IMG/VR virus record: IMGVR_UViG_3300008267_000009
Coordinates: 1 to 64,000 of that record
Direction: 5' to 3' (one strand)
Length of the DNA: 64,000 nucleotides
Source: a virus
Below the pieces are notes generated by a model. That model saw only the letters and a program-made list of their open reading frames with translations, searched no databases and was not told where the DNA came from. Position numbers and translations under genes: made by a program. Shown here piece after piece: positions 47,113 through 57,899 of the stretch (position 1 is the first letter of the stretch; the number at the start of each line of letters is the position of its first letter).

Positions 47113-48944
47113 TGACAGTTAATACAACAACACTAGCAGGAATCATGGCAGCATCATGGGGCAACTTTTATGATGTTGATAGACCAGCAACTTCACCAAC
47201 ACCAGCTCAACTAGCTATTCCTTGGATACATGTTTCAATTATAAATTCTACAGATGTTCAGGTTATTATAATGACTCCGTCTGTTACTCCAGGAAGTTAT
47301 AGGGGAGATGTCTCAGAGTCTACATCGTTTAGCAGCCCAGTAAGAACGTTTAATGATGTAGATGGAATTTTTACATTAACAGGATTAACTCCAGGAAAAG
47401 AATATAGGCTTAGAGCAGCATGTCACGCAGCAGATCCATCAATATACGGAGCATATAAATATCATACATTTACAATGCCTAAAGCAGCAAATGTAGGTTC
47501 TGTTAGTTCTACTGCTAATGGAGTTGCAGTTCCAAGAAATGTACCTCCAGAGCCATCGTATGTTGATACAACAACTTTGTCTGGAATACAAGCTGCTTCT
47601 GGTAACGTAGAGAATAATGCTAATGATGCTGGAGACTCAAATGAAACTCTAACTCCAGTGCCAACTGGAAGCTACAACGCAGTTGCTGGAAATAGACAAG
47701 TAACTAGATCGCTCTTTAAGGTTACAAATAACTCAAAAGATAAAGATGCATACTCCATTGCAGTTAAAAATCTTGGAATATCTACATCATCTTCTTACTA
47801 TACTTTTGGAGCAGCTCTGTTCTTTCAGAGCAGCGTAACAAATACGGATGCTTCAGGAGGATTTGGATTTTTTACAAGTAGTAATGGTATGGATGGATAC
47901 TATGTTATGATGGAAACTACATCCAATCTTTCTATTCATGGAGAAAAAGAAGTAAAGATTTTAAAGGTTGTTGGCGGTAAAAAAACAATATTAAGTGACA
48001 GTCAAAATAGCAGCTCTTCTACAATGAATGGTATTGTGGGGGCAAAAAATTATAAAATTGATATTAAGGTAAAGGCAAGTGCTACAGTTAATGTTATAGA
48101 TATTTATATTAATAACTTTAAAATATCTGCAGTTGACACTAATACGCCAAATACTACTGATCCAACAAAATTAATTTTACCAGTAACATCAAATGTTGCT
48201 CTTGTTTCCTCAGTTGGATCATCAAACTTTGACTATGTTTATGCTGCTCCAATTAGTGAAAGTCAATATACTACTGGAGTTCTTCAAAACGTATACAACG
48301 GCCAGTTTGCAACAACCACCCTAGACTTTTTATATGGAGAAAAGGTACTAAGCAATTTTAATAAAGCAGAAATTCCTGGAGGTAAACTAGAGGAATTTGG
48401 AACGGTTGCTAGAGAGCTTAGAAAGGTTGCTGTAAAATATCAAGATAGGCCAGCACAACCTTTATATTCAACTGTTGGTATTAATAAATTTATTCAAATA
48501 CTAGGACAAAGACTTACAAGTTTTGGGGCTGAAATATATCTATTAAATAATTCAGGCACCTTTGTACCTTTAAGCGATGGTCAATTTAATTCATTTAACG
48601 TGATAGGAAACTATGTGGTTCCTACTGGACAACACGAGTATACAGACAGTACAATAAATGAATTCAGTACTCCAGAGCCAGCAATATTTGAATCTGTATG
48701 GATTCAAACAGAATCTGATGCTAAAAAACTATCTGATTGGATTAAAACCCAGTGGTCAAAACAACAGGTTATTTTAAGCATGAATGTATTTAGTAATCCT
48801 TTGATCAGTGTAGGAGACGTCATTTCTGTAAACTATCCAGACAATGGATTAGATGGAACTAAAAAGTACATTGTTACAAACGTAAATCAATCATTTAATC
48901 AGGGCCTAGATACATCTATAACTGCAAGGTCTATATATGTTTAG
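47112..48944 (+). CDS. Minor tail protein
   Basis: EEFGTVARE, WIQTESDA, NPLISVGDVI.V; TAATG coupling. Confidence 0.65.
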   Translation: MTVNTTTLAGIMAASWGNFYDVDRPATSPTPAQLAIPWIHVSIINSTDVQVIIMTPSVTPGSYRGDVSESTSFSSPVRTFNDVDGIFTLTGLTPGKEYRLRAACHAADPSIYGAYKYHTFTMPKAANVGSVSSTANGVAVPRNVPPEPSYVDTTTLSGIQAASGNVENNANDAGDSNETLTPVPTGSYNAVAGNRQVTRSLFKVTNNSKDKDAYSIAVKNLGISTSSSYYTFGAALFFQSSVTNTDASGGFGFFTSSNGMDGYYVMMETTSNLSIHGEKEVKILKVVGGKKTILSDSQNSSSSTMNGIVGAKNYKIDIKVKASATVNVIDIYINNFKISAVDTNTPNTTDPTKLILPVTSNVALVSSVGSSNFDYVYAAPISESQYTTGVLQNVYNGQFATTTLDFLYGEKVLSNFNKAEIPGGKLEEFGTVARELRKVAVKYQDRPAQPLYSTVGINKFIQILGQRLTSFGAEIYLLNNSGTFVPLSDGQFNSFNVIGNYVVPTGQHEYTDSTINEFSTPEPAIFESVWIQTESDAKKLSDWIKTQWSKQQVILSMNVFSNPLISVGDVISVNYPDNGLDGTKKYIVTNVNQSFNQGLDTSITARSIYV

Positions 48945-48964
48945 GGAAATGGTATAATAATAAA

Positions 48965-49348
48965 ATGACTAGCAAAAAAATATCAACTACTGGAATTGGC
49001 AATGTTGCTCCAGTAACTGTTTATTCTAATTCCAAAGAAAATAATGATCTTAGCCCAAACTCTAAGGTTGTTCTTCCAGGCAATGTTGTTGGTCCTATGT
49101 TGGTTGCATCTGCTGAGCTAGACTCCGACGAGGTAAACCTTGAAATAGTTCCAGAAGATGACCCAGCAGTTGTTGTGGCCAACCCAAATCCTTTATATGG
49201 GGTACCGCAATTATCTGATATACAGTTAGTATCAAATTCTGTTATCTATGATGCATCTGGGAATCCTAGTGTAACTGCAGTATTTAAAATTAAAAATTCT
49301 AGCGGAAGAGAGCTAAAGGGAATAAATGTGAGGGTTCAATCAGCATGA
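48965..49348 (+). CDS. Minor tail / hypothetical protein
   Basis: Leaderless TATAAT-6nt-ATG. Confidence 0.6.
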   Translation: MTSKKISTTGIGNVAPVTVYSNSKENNDLSPNSKVVLPGNVVGPMLVASAELDSDEVNLEIVPEDDPAVVVANPNPLYGVPQLSDIQLVSNSVIYDASGNPSVTAVFKIKNSSGRELKGINVRVQSA

Positions 49349-50250
49349 TAACAAAATTTGGAAAAAGATTTTTAACAAACTATTTAGCAGGTAATGTCCC
49401 ATTTGGAAATAAAGATATTGCTTTGGGCATAGGCTCAACAACTCCAAATGCTAAAGGTAAAGACACAAGATTAGAGTTTGAGTTTTATAGACTTCCAGCA
49501 TCTATTGGAAGTATTAATATAGAACAAACAGGAGTTGACGGAGACGGTGAAGCCGTATTTGCTTATAGTGTAATATACCAAGCAACAATACCGCAAGATG
49601 TTGCTGGAATTATATCCGAAGTTGGACTGTATCCTGGAATTAAATCGTCAAAAAATAATTTTGATAGCAAGTTTTTAACTGACTTTGAAAATAATTTACT
49701 ATGGTCTGATGGCTCCTTTAACCCAGTGCTAAGACCAAACTCTGATTTATTTAAAGCAAAAATTGGAGAAAATATGGTGCAAGTAGATGTTGATTCTGCT
49801 AGCTCATCTAAAGAATATAAAAACTCTTTAATTTCTTATGATATATCTGGGTATAGTGTAAATGACACAGTGACACTTGCTTACAAAAAAATGGATAACA
49901 ATTTATCCAAAATTAGAGTAAAGCTTTATAGTTCAGACACAGCATATTGCTTTGTTGATTTTACTCCAACATCTGGAACAGGAGATAGAATACAATCTCA
50001 ATCGGTTTCCACACTATTTGCTAATTCTATAAATAGTCCAGATTTAACTTTAATTACAAAACTAGGAGTTGAAGTTTATTCAACTTCTGGAGGAGCCACA
50101 CAGGTATATTTTGACGGAGTTAGAATAAATGATGAAGACACATTTGATCCAACCTATGGATTAATAAGCAGGTCTTTACTAACAACTCCATTAGAAAAAA
50201 AGTCTGGCAGAACAGTAGACATAGAATATAAGATTTTGTTAGGATTCTAA
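49345..50250 (+). CDS. Minor tail/baseplate protein
   Basis: MITKFG, IALGIG, LEFEFYR, ISEVGLY, DIEY. Confidence 0.65.
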   Translation: MITKFGKRFLTNYLAGNVPFGNKDIALGIGSTTPNAKGKDTRLEFEFYRLPASIGSINIEQTGVDGDGEAVFAYSVIYQATIPQDVAGIISEVGLYPGIKSSKNNFDSKFLTDFENNLLWSDGSFNPVLRPNSDLFKAKIGENMVQVDVDSASSSKEYKNSLISYDISGYSVNDTVTLAYKKMDNNLSKIRVKLYSSDTAYCFVDFTPTSGTGDRIQSQSVSTLFANSINSPDLTLITKLGVEVYSTSGGATQVYFDGVRINDEDTFDPTYGLISRSLLTTPLEKKSGRTVDIEYKILLGF

Positions 50251-52200
50251 ATGACAAATACTCAAGACGCTGGAAAGGGAATTGTTCCATCTGATTTAGC
50301 TTTAGTGGCTCAACCAGATATTAATAAAGATTATTTTAATGTAACAGTTAAAGACCTTAAAATAAATAAAGCATATGCAATTCAATTTCAGTGGGTAGAG
50401 TTAGACGGAAAGCTTGGGTCTTGGTCCCCAGGATTTATTTTTACTACATCAAACGAGGTTGCTCCAGCAGTGCCAACTGGAGTTACAGTTCCATCTACAG
50501 CAAGCGGCAGTATTCCTGTTACACTTTCATCATTTCCCACAAATGCTAAAAGAGTAGATGTAATTATAACTGGCGGTATTTTTGGAACAAGTACAGTTGC
50601 ACATTCATTTACTACAGCAGGAACAACAACTATTGCTGCGCCAGCTGGAACATATCAAGTACAGTTAAGATCAATATCGCCAACTGGAGTAACAAGTACA
50701 GTTGGAACAACATTTACTGTTACAGTATCTTCTGCTGATATTGTTGTACTTCCTTCAACTGCACCTTCTACTCCAACAGCTTCTTCCACACTTGGAGCAA
50801 TACAACTTTCATGGAATGGAAAAACTTCAACTGGATCAGATCAACCTTCAGGGTTCGTTGCTGCAAAAGTTTATGTAGGAACAACTTCTGGATTTACTCC
50901 AGTAGATACTGGCTCTGCAGGAGCTAATCAAGTAGATGTTTTAAATTTTGCTAACGGCCAAAACACATTAAATATAGCAGTTGGCACAGTTGTAAATGGA
51001 ACTGCATTAACTTATGGCGTAGATTATTTTATAAAAATAAAAACAACTAATGGAAATGCTGCTCAGGATTCAGCAGCAGTTTTAGCTAGCGGAAGCCCAG
51101 TAAGAATTGGGCAAGTTGGTAATGGCGACATTGTAGAAATAACAGCAGATAAAATTAGAACTGGAACAATATCAACACAAACAATAACTGTTGGTGCACC
51201 AGGCGGCAAAAGAGTAGAATTACGTGGAAGCGGTAACTCATTTGAAATATTTGGAACTGGCGGAACATCTCTTTTATCATATAATGCTGCTGGAAACAAA
51301 TTATCTGTAACTGGAGAAGGTTCTTTTACTGGAAGTATTACTGGAGCTAGCGGTCAATTTGACGGAGATCTTGGAGCTTCTGGAGGAAACTTTACAGTAA
51401 GAAGCGGCATAGTAACTGCACTTGCTGGATCAATTGGTGGATGGGTAATAAATAGTCAAGCACTAAAAAGCTCAGCAGTAACATTTCCTTCTATACAACT
51501 AGACCCAGTTGGCTCTAAGATAGAATTAAGGGGAAGTCCTGGTGGAAGTGACATAGGTAACTATATTAAAATGGATACTACCACTGGACTAAGAATTGGA
51601 TCAGTTAGTAGTCCAGCATTTACAGTTGCAATGGACGGATCAATGACTGCAACAAAAGCTAATTTTCAAAATGAAGTTGGTGGAAATACAATTATATTAG
51701 ATAACACTAGTTTTAGAATGTCTGGGGCTAACGGAACAACGACACTTGGATATAATTCAAACATTACTTTATCTAGTACTGGAAATATTTATAACAGCAG
51801 CGGAAGCTACATAAGTTTGCTAAATAGCGAATCTTCAACAGAGCTATGGCCAGGAGGAGTGAGATACTTCCAAGGATCGATATTTGGGTCAGCTCCAGTA
51901 AGTTTTTCTCAATATATTTATAATAGTCAATTAGTAAATTATACAAACTCACTACTTGGAATAACCTGGACATCTGGACTTTACGTTACAGGTTCTTATG
52001 CATATAACAATAATAGCGTTTCAACAAGGTTTGGGGATGAGTTTAGGCCTCTTGGAGTAACTCCGTTTGGAGAGCAAACTCTTGGACAAAGATTGTTTAG
52101 CGGAACGGCAACTACAAACTCAGCAATTAATACAGATATTAACAATAGAGGGTACGCAGCGAACTCTCAAAATGGCGATTTTTACTTTAGTACAGCGTGA
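50251..52200 (+). CDS. Tail fibre / receptor-binding protein with FN3-like domains
   Basis: FN3-like N-half; ITADKIRTGTI; GSIGGW.I. Confidence 0.7.
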   Translation: MTNTQDAGKGIVPSDLALVAQPDINKDYFNVTVKDLKINKAYAIQFQWVELDGKLGSWSPGFIFTTSNEVAPAVPTGVTVPSTASGSIPVTLSSFPTNAKRVDVIITGGIFGTSTVAHSFTTAGTTTIAAPAGTYQVQLRSISPTGVTSTVGTTFTVTVSSADIVVLPSTAPSTPTASSTLGAIQLSWNGKTSTGSDQPSGFVAAKVYVGTTSGFTPVDTGSAGANQVDVLNFANGQNTLNIAVGTVVNGTALTYGVDYFIKIKTTNGNAAQDSAAVLASGSPVRIGQVGNGDIVEITADKIRTGTISTQTITVGAPGGKRVELRGSGNSFEIFGTGGTSLLSYNAAGNKLSVTGEGSFTGSITGASGQFDGDLGASGGNFTVRSGIVTALAGSIGGWVINSQALKSSAVTFPSIQLDPVGSKIELRGSPGGSDIGNYIKMDTTTGLRIGSVSSPAFTVAMDGSMTATKANFQNEVGGNTIILDNTSFRMSGANGTTTLGYNSNITLSSTGNIYNSSGSYISLLNSESSTELWPGGVRYFQGSIFGSAPVSFSQYIYNSQLVNYTNSLLGITWTSGLYVTGSYAYNNNSVSTRFGDEFRPLGVTPFGEQTLGQRLFSGTATTNSAINTDINNRGYAANSQNGDFYFSTA

Positions 52201-52205
52201 TATAA

Positions 52206-55200
52206 ATGCCTAGATTATTTCAAAAGCGTGGTGGTACATGGTCAGAAATTCTTTCTGTATTTCAAAAACAGGGCGGTACATGGGTTGAAATATTAAATAT
52301 ATTTCAAAAAATTGGTGGTACATGGACTAAAGTTTTTGCAGCCGCAAAAATACCAGGCAATACAGTAGCACCAACAATAACTGGAACAGGATATTTATAT
52401 AGCACTTTAACAAACAATAGCTTAGGTACATGGACAAATTCTCCAACATCTTATACTAGACAATGGAGAAGGGGAACTCCTCCAGCAGGAGGCGGAGAAC
52501 CTCAAGGTTATTCTAATATAACAGGAGCAACATCTAGCACATATGTAACAACAGCTGCAGACGATGGTAAATACATAATTTGCCAAGTAACTGCAACAAA
52601 TGCTTTGGGCTCTAATTCAGCAGCATCAAATCCAATATATGTTAGCAAATATAGTCCAGTAGCAAATGGAATTTATACGATAACTGGATCGCCAGTTGTT
52701 GGTGGAACATTAACTGCAGTTGAGCAAGTCGGTACATGGAAAGCAACAACAACAAATACTGGGGATACATCACCAGATACATTTGTTTATACTTGGTCTA
52801 GAATAGTATCAGGTATTACACAAACACCTCCACTACAAGAAGGTACTTCTTCAAGCTATTTAATTCAGCCTTCAGACAACAATACCACTATAGCAGTTGC
52901 AGTAACTGGAACAAATACTGGTGGATCCGCTACAACTGCTTATTCTGTTGTAGTAAATGTTTCATCTGTTTATTCTTTTTCAATGGGTAAAACTTTACAT
53001 ATGAGCACAAACTGCTTTGTGTCTCTAGATAATCCTAGTGCTAGCTTTACAACTCTACCAAATGGATATTCTATTCCAGTATCTCTTCAAGATTTTTGGA
53101 ATCCAGTTGGATATAAATGGTCTAACGGAGAAGAGTTTGTTTTGCATTATGATGGATATAAATTAAATCAATCAACAACAGCTTTCAGAGCAACATGGCA
53201 AATGAGATTTTATACAAATCAAAATTATGCAGATTTTAAAATAATTAGATGGGGAAGCAGTACAGGGCCTGGAAGTAAAACTGTTGCTATGTATAAAGAC
53301 GACGCTGTATTTGGAACAGCGGTTGCAGGCCCAATTGCTCAGTATATAGCAGGACAAACATTTAGAGTATACTATAGTGGAAGTCAGCCTACTCAATCTG
53401 TAGGCTTTACTGAAATTGTTACAGACTCAATGGTTCCAATATCAATAACTGCTGGTAGCGCAGATGACGGCTACTTTTCTGTTGTTACATCAACAAATCA
53501 ATATACTAAGCCATTTATATCTGGATTAACATCTTCTGGAACTGGCACAAGTATATCTACTAATTCATTTACTACTGGCGGAGGATATAATGGGTTTAAT
53601 TATGTTATTAGAACAGGTTCACACTTTGGAACACTTGTAGCTTCTGGATCATCTTTTGCTGGTTCATATTCTCAATCTGGACTTACAAGTGGAACAACAT
53701 ATTATGTAACACTAACACCATTTAATGCATATTCTCAATTAGGTGATTCAGTTCAATTTAGTCAAGCAACAACAAATGCTCCTGGACCATTTAGCGTAAA
53801 TAGTGGAAGTAAGGCTATTCCTTCTGGCGGATACAGAACAGTTACTGTAGGATGGACAACTTCTACAAATGGTCCAAACTATGAAGTTCAACTAGAAGGA
53901 AGTGATGATGGTACTACATGGTCTGTAGTGACTGGTACATTTGAAACAAGAACTGTACGGCAAACATTAAATTTATTATCTTCACCATATTTTACATCAA
54001 ACTCTACAACATTTACAAACGTTGATTATCGATATTTTTATCGTGCAACAGCAAGAGCACGAAACTCGTCCCTTGATTCAGAAAATGCTGCTTACTCAAA
54101 TGGTGGAACATCTACTTCATTAGCATATTATGAAATACCAGGAGTTGCTCCAGGAACCCCAACATTAGGAACCATAACTGTAACAAAAACTACAGCTTCT
54201 ATACCTTATACATTTCCATCAAATACTGGATCAAATACAATTGACTGGATTCAATTTTCATTAGATGGCATTTCGTTTAATAATGATTTTACTAGCCCAT
54301 ACGATTTTACTGGGTTGACATCTGGTACAACGTACACTCTTTATTATAGAGCATTAAATTATGATAAGCTTTATTCAAGCACTTTAACTACTACATTTAC
54401 TACTACAGCAGCTAAACCACCAGGGTTTGTACAATCAATAACAGCTGGCACTAAAACCAATACAAGTATAGCTTGGAGCTGGACTGCTCCAACTGTAACA
54501 ACATCAAATAATGCTGCTACTGGATATGAATATGCTCACACACAAAGTACAGCAACTCCAACATCATGGACAGCTCAAACTGGAACAAGCGTTACTGTTT
54601 CTAATTTAACAAAAAATACAACATACTATATGCATGTTAGAGGCACAAATGCTGATGGTCCTGGACCGTCGACATATAATTCTGCCTCAACAAATAACGA
54701 TAGCTTTTATACGGTTTCATTTAACGTTAATGGCTCTGGAGGAACTAATCCTGCATCTGTTACTCAGACTACCGCAGGAGGATCAGTAACCCTTGCGGCA
54801 GCTCAAACAAGAACTGGTTATACTTTTGGCGGATGGAATACTAATACTTCTGGCACTGGAACAAATTATAATGCTGGATCTTCATATACACCAACTGCAG
54901 ATATAACACTTTATGCAAAGTGGACGTTGGCATTTGTTACGCCAGCACCAACAACACCACCAAGCTTTATATTTTCAAGAGGATTAAATGGAGCTACATC
55001 TTCAACTAGACGTAACTGGGGATGGAACGTATCAAGTGGTATGGGAAGTTACAGTTATGTTATATATACTTTAGAGTGGCATAATGTTAACTCAACAACG
55101 CCTCCTTCAACAACAAGAACCCCAGACGCACTACTTACATTCGGATCTTCTGGTTCATCAGCTCCAGTATCAAATGGACAGACATATAACTTGAGCGGAA

Positions 55201-55364
55201 ATTCAACTCCAAACTATAGAACAATGGCAAGGGGTTCTTCTTATGCAGGAACAAACGGAACAACTATTACAGCCTCAACCAATTTTTCATGGGCTAGAGC
55301 AATATGTAGGGTAACAGGAACAAACGGAACTACCTATCCAAGTGGCTATACAGGATTCTTATAA
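52206..55364 (+). CDS. Multi-Ig/FN3 adhesin-like tail protein with Listeria-Bacteroides (InlB B) repeat
   Basis: APTITG..W...PTSY..QW, several GLTSGTTY FN3 units, YTVSFN.NG..TRTGYTFGGWNT..TLYAKW. Confidence 0.75.
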   Translation: MPRLFQKRGGTWSEILSVFQKQGGTWVEILNIFQKIGGTWTKVFAAAKIPGNTVAPTITGTGYLYSTLTNNSLGTWTNSPTSYTRQWRRGTPPAGGGEPQGYSNITGATSSTYVTTAADDGKYIICQVTATNALGSNSAASNPIYVSKYSPVANGIYTITGSPVVGGTLTAVEQVGTWKATTTNTGDTSPDTFVYTWSRIVSGITQTPPLQEGTSSSYLIQPSDNNTTIAVAVTGTNTGGSATTAYSVVVNVSSVYSFSMGKTLHMSTNCFVSLDNPSASFTTLPNGYSIPVSLQDFWNPVGYKWSNGEEFVLHYDGYKLNQSTTAFRATWQMRFYTNQNYADFKIIRWGSSTGPGSKTVAMYKDDAVFGTAVAGPIAQYIAGQTFRVYYSGSQPTQSVGFTEIVTDSMVPISITAGSADDGYFSVVTSTNQYTKPFISGLTSSGTGTSISTNSFTTGGGYNGFNYVIRTGSHFGTLVASGSSFAGSYSQSGLTSGTTYYVTLTPFNAYSQLGDSVQFSQATTNAPGPFSVNSGSKAIPSGGYRTVTVGWTTSTNGPNYEVQLEGSDDGTTWSVVTGTFETRTVRQTLNLLSSPYFTSNSTTFTNVDYRYFYRATARARNSSLDSENAAYSNGGTSTSLAYYEIPGVAPGTPTLGTITVTKTTASIPYTFPSNTGSNTIDWIQFSLDGISFNNDFTSPYDFTGLTSGTTYTLYYRALNYDKLYSSTLTTTFTTTAAKPPGFVQSITAGTKTNTSIAWSWTAPTVTTSNNAATGYEYAHTQSTATPTSWTAQTGTSVTVSNLTKNTTYYMHVRGTNADGPGPSTYNSASTNNDSFYTVSFNVNGSGGTNPASVTQTTAGGSVTLAAAQTRTGYTFGGWNTNTSGTGTNYNAGSSYTPTADITLYAKWTLAFVTPAPTTPPSFIFSRGLNGATSSTRRNWGWNVSSGMGSYSYVIYTLEWHNVNSTTPPSTTRTPDALLTFGSSGSSAPVSNGQTYNLSGNSTPNYRTMARGSSYAGTNGTTITASTNFSWARAICRVTGTNGTTYPSGYTGFL

Positions 55365-55393
55365 TATGATATACTTGGAAAAATGGAGGATAA

Positions 55394-55630
55394 ATGACAA
55401 ATAATTATTTAAGTAAGCAAGATATGCTAAATGTTGTAACAGCTCATATTAGAGATTTACATGCTGAGAAATATAGTCATCAACTTAGAATTATAGAATT
55501 TGATGCTGCTGGATCAGAAAATATTGATCAGCTTCTTTATAATCAAATAGCAGATATGGTTACCCAATATGATTTAAGAATTTCAGCTTTAGAGGCTGAG
55601 AAAGAAAAAGTTTTGGCTTTGCCAGAATAA
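55394..55630 (+). CDS. Hypothetical coiled-coil protein
   Basis: GGAGG RBS; similar in size and pattern to next ORF. Confidence 0.65.
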   Translation: MTNNYLSKQDMLNVVTAHIRDLHAEKYSHQLRIIEFDAAGSENIDQLLYNQIADMVTQYDLRISALEAEKEKVLALPE

Positions 55631-55642
55631 AAAGGAGATAAA

Positions 55643-55873
55643 ATGACAACGCTATCAAATGCAGAAAAAGCTCAAGTTATTAATCAAAGAATTAAAAATT
55701 TGAACTATACTAAGTATAATTATGATCTAGACCTGCTTGTTGAAAACACTAAGGCAGCACCACTTGCCAGTGCTATTTCAACAATAACTACATCTATATC
55801 TGATATTAATGCTCAAATTGCTGCTCTAACAACTGAGCTTGCAAAGTATCCAGTAGAACAATCAGAGGAATAA
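55643..55873 (+). CDS. Hypothetical coiled-coil protein
   Basis: AAGGAG RBS. Confidence 0.65.
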   Translation: MTTLSNAEKAQVINQRIKNLNYTKYNYDLDLLVENTKAAPLASAISTITTSISDINAQIAALTTELAKYPVEQSEE

Positions 55874-55874
55874 A

Positions 55875-56060
55875 ATGGCTGAAAAAGCAGAACTAGTAAT
55901 TACGGCATTGCAGCAAAGAATCGGTGAGTTAGTCTCAAATTATGAGACTCAAATTGCAATATTAAGAGCAGATCTTACAAAGCTGGTAGAAGAAAAGGAC
56001 GCAAAGGTTGAAGCTACGAAGTCGTTCGAAGCCCATCTCGATAATATCACAACCAACTAA
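55875..56060 (+). CDS. Hypothetical coiled-coil protein
   Basis: GAGGA RBS; heptad pattern. Confidence 0.65.
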   Translation: MAEKAELVITALQQRIGELVSNYETQIAILRADLTKLVEEKDAKVEATKSFEAHLDNITTN

Positions 56061-56406
56061 TTTCCCTTCAGGTATTGCTGTTAAAACAGACAAAGATACA
56101 TACTGGATTAAAGATGGTAAAAGGTATAAATTAATTTCTGATAGGGCTGCCCAGTCTTGGTGCTTTACTACGGCATTAGCAACTGAAGCGGCATTGTCTG
56201 GGATTAAGCTTGTAGGTAAATTAGGGTTTAGAGACGGCGCTTTGATCAAGAACGTTGCAGATGGTAAAATGTATCTAGTATCACAAAATAAACTAAGACA
56301 CATTGTTGACCCAGACGCTTTTGACAGATATGGGTTAGATAGGTCAAAATTAATTGAAGTGTCAGAAAAAGAAATTTTGGCACACGATTTAGGAGAAAAC
56401 TTATAA
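56008..56406 (+). CDS. Hypothetical protein with internal duplication
   Basis: Two units G..VK....Y.I..GKR..I / G.LIK....Y.V..NK.R.I. Confidence 0.65.
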   Translation: MKLRSRSKPISIISQPTNFPSGIAVKTDKDTYWIKDGKRYKLISDRAAQSWCFTTALATEAALSGIKLVGKLGFRDGALIKNVADGKMYLVSQNKLRHIVDPDAFDRYGLDRSKLIEVSEKEILAHDLGENL

Positions 56407-56828
56407 TGGCATTTAATGATGGAGAGCCTTTAGACGCAGCAAAACTCGGAGCCTTAGAGCTACAGGTAAATAACCTTGCGTCTAGTATTCCAAAGATTGG
56501 TGCATCAACTACAAATGTTACTGTAACTAATAATACAGTTCAACAGGCAAATATTCCACAAATTGTAGCAAGTGCTCCTGGTACAAAGTTTGAGTTAAAA
56601 TCTGGGCAGGTTAACGAACAATATTTTTCTTTTAATGGGACAGTTAATAGTGTGCCTAGAGCCGTTATAATTACATCTAGGCATAGCGGAAGCGGTACTG
56701 GCTGGCATCCACAAATTAATACAAAAACTCAATCTATTACAAAAGACGGTTTTACCGCAGTAGTATATATGCCGTCAAGTGCCCCCACACACACAGTATA
56801 TATTACTTGGCTAGCTATCTGCTATTAG
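56406..56828 (+). CDS. Small fibre-tip/H-type-lectin-like protein
   Basis: F.DGEPLDA.KL N-terminus; ITKDGFT...WLAI C-terminus. Confidence 0.5.
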   Translation: MAFNDGEPLDAAKLGALELQVNNLASSIPKIGASTTNVTVTNNTVQQANIPQIVASAPGTKFELKSGQVNEQYFSFNGTVNSVPRAVIITSRHSGSGTGWHPQINTKTQSITKDGFTAVVYMPSSAPTHTVYITWLAICY

Positions 56829-56830
56829 TA

Positions 56831-56869
56831 TTGACAATTTTTAATCATATGTTACAATTACTGTAACAT
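56831..56869 (+). promoter_or_regulatory. Promoter of replication module with overlapping palindrome
   Basis: TTGACA-16nt-TACAAT (TGt extended); ATGTTACA-attac-TGTAACAT at 56849-56869. Confidence 0.6.
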
Positions 56870-56870
56870 C

Positions 56871-56895
56871 AAAGTCACGTACCCGTGACTTTTTT
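56871..56895 (+). terminator. Intrinsic terminator
   Basis: AAAGTCACG-tacc-CGTGACTTT-TTT. Confidence 0.7.
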
Positions 56896-56913
56896 ACATA
56901 TTTAAGGGATTTA

Positions 56914-57714
56914 ATGAGTAACGACTTAAAGTGGATGCTGTCATCAGACCAGCAATTCCCATATCAAGATGACAAGATGATAGCTCTATGGTTTAAGGTT
57001 ATGAAGTGGTTTAAGCCAGATGTAGTAGATTATTTGGGAGACACAGATGATCAAGCATGCTACAGCAAATATAATGAAGGCTTGTCCTCAGAATTTCTTG
57101 CATTGCATAAGACTGACAGTAAGGATTTAATTGTTCCAATGATGCGTCATGAAGCAAAGGGAGCAAGAGATTTTTATGCAAAGACTAGAGAGATGTTACC
57201 AGATGCTCAGCTTTTTTCTGCTTTAGGAAATCACGATATTAGAATTTTTAATTACATGGATGCAAAGCTTCCAGAATATTTAAAAGAAGTAACACCAGAA
57301 ACTCTTTGGAATTTAGACTCATTAGGTTATGAATATATATATTATGACTCTTTGCCAAAGCGTCGCTTTGGTGACGTGCATGTCCACCATGGAATCTCAA
57401 TATCTGCAACTGGATCAGTAAGAAAAGATATGGAAGATCTTCAGGTATCTTTAATTAGAGGACACTCACACAGAATTGCCTCACACATGGTAACATATGA
57501 ATTAAGAAATAATGGCGAAGGAGAAACCCTTCGTGGATATGAGATTGGTCACATGTGTGATGAAAAGGGGCCAGGGATGAAGTATACCCAGCACCACGAC
57601 TGGCAAAAAGGTTTTGCTATTGCACATATTGTAAATGATTATCCTCACATTCAAATGATTCATGTGTCCCCAGACTACTCTTGCGTTGTGGACGGAAAGG
57701 TGTTTACTCTATAA
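56914..57714 (+). CDS. Calcineurin-like metallophosphoesterase
   Basis: SD.Q, LGD..D, GNHD, HHG, GHSHR. Confidence 0.85.
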   Translation: MSNDLKWMLSSDQQFPYQDDKMIALWFKVMKWFKPDVVDYLGDTDDQACYSKYNEGLSSEFLALHKTDSKDLIVPMMRHEAKGARDFYAKTREMLPDAQLFSALGNHDIRIFNYMDAKLPEYLKEVTPETLWNLDSLGYEYIYYDSLPKRRFGDVHVHHGISISATGSVRKDMEDLQVSLIRGHSHRIASHMVTYELRNNGEGETLRGYEIGHMCDEKGPGMKYTQHHDWQKGFAIAHIVNDYPHIQMIHVSPDYSCVVDGKVFTL

Positions 57715-57899
57715 TGTGGTGCGGAAAATGTGGTGGAAGAGTATTCGTTGATCGAGTATTTTCACAAAAGCTTCACGTAGAAGTGTTCTGTATACTTTGC
57801 GGAAAACGTAATATGATTAATAAAGAAACGAGTGCGTTTGGAAAATGGCTAGAGAGAAAAGAAACAGCAAATCAAAAAGCTTACGGTATTTCTTCTTAA
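57714..57899 (+). CDS. Zinc-ribbon protein
   Basis: MWCGKCGG...FCILCGKR; ATG at 57714 by TAATG coupling. Confidence 0.7.
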   Translation: MWCGKCGGRVFVDRVFSQKLHVEVFCILCGKRNMINKETSAFGKWLERKETANQKAYGISS

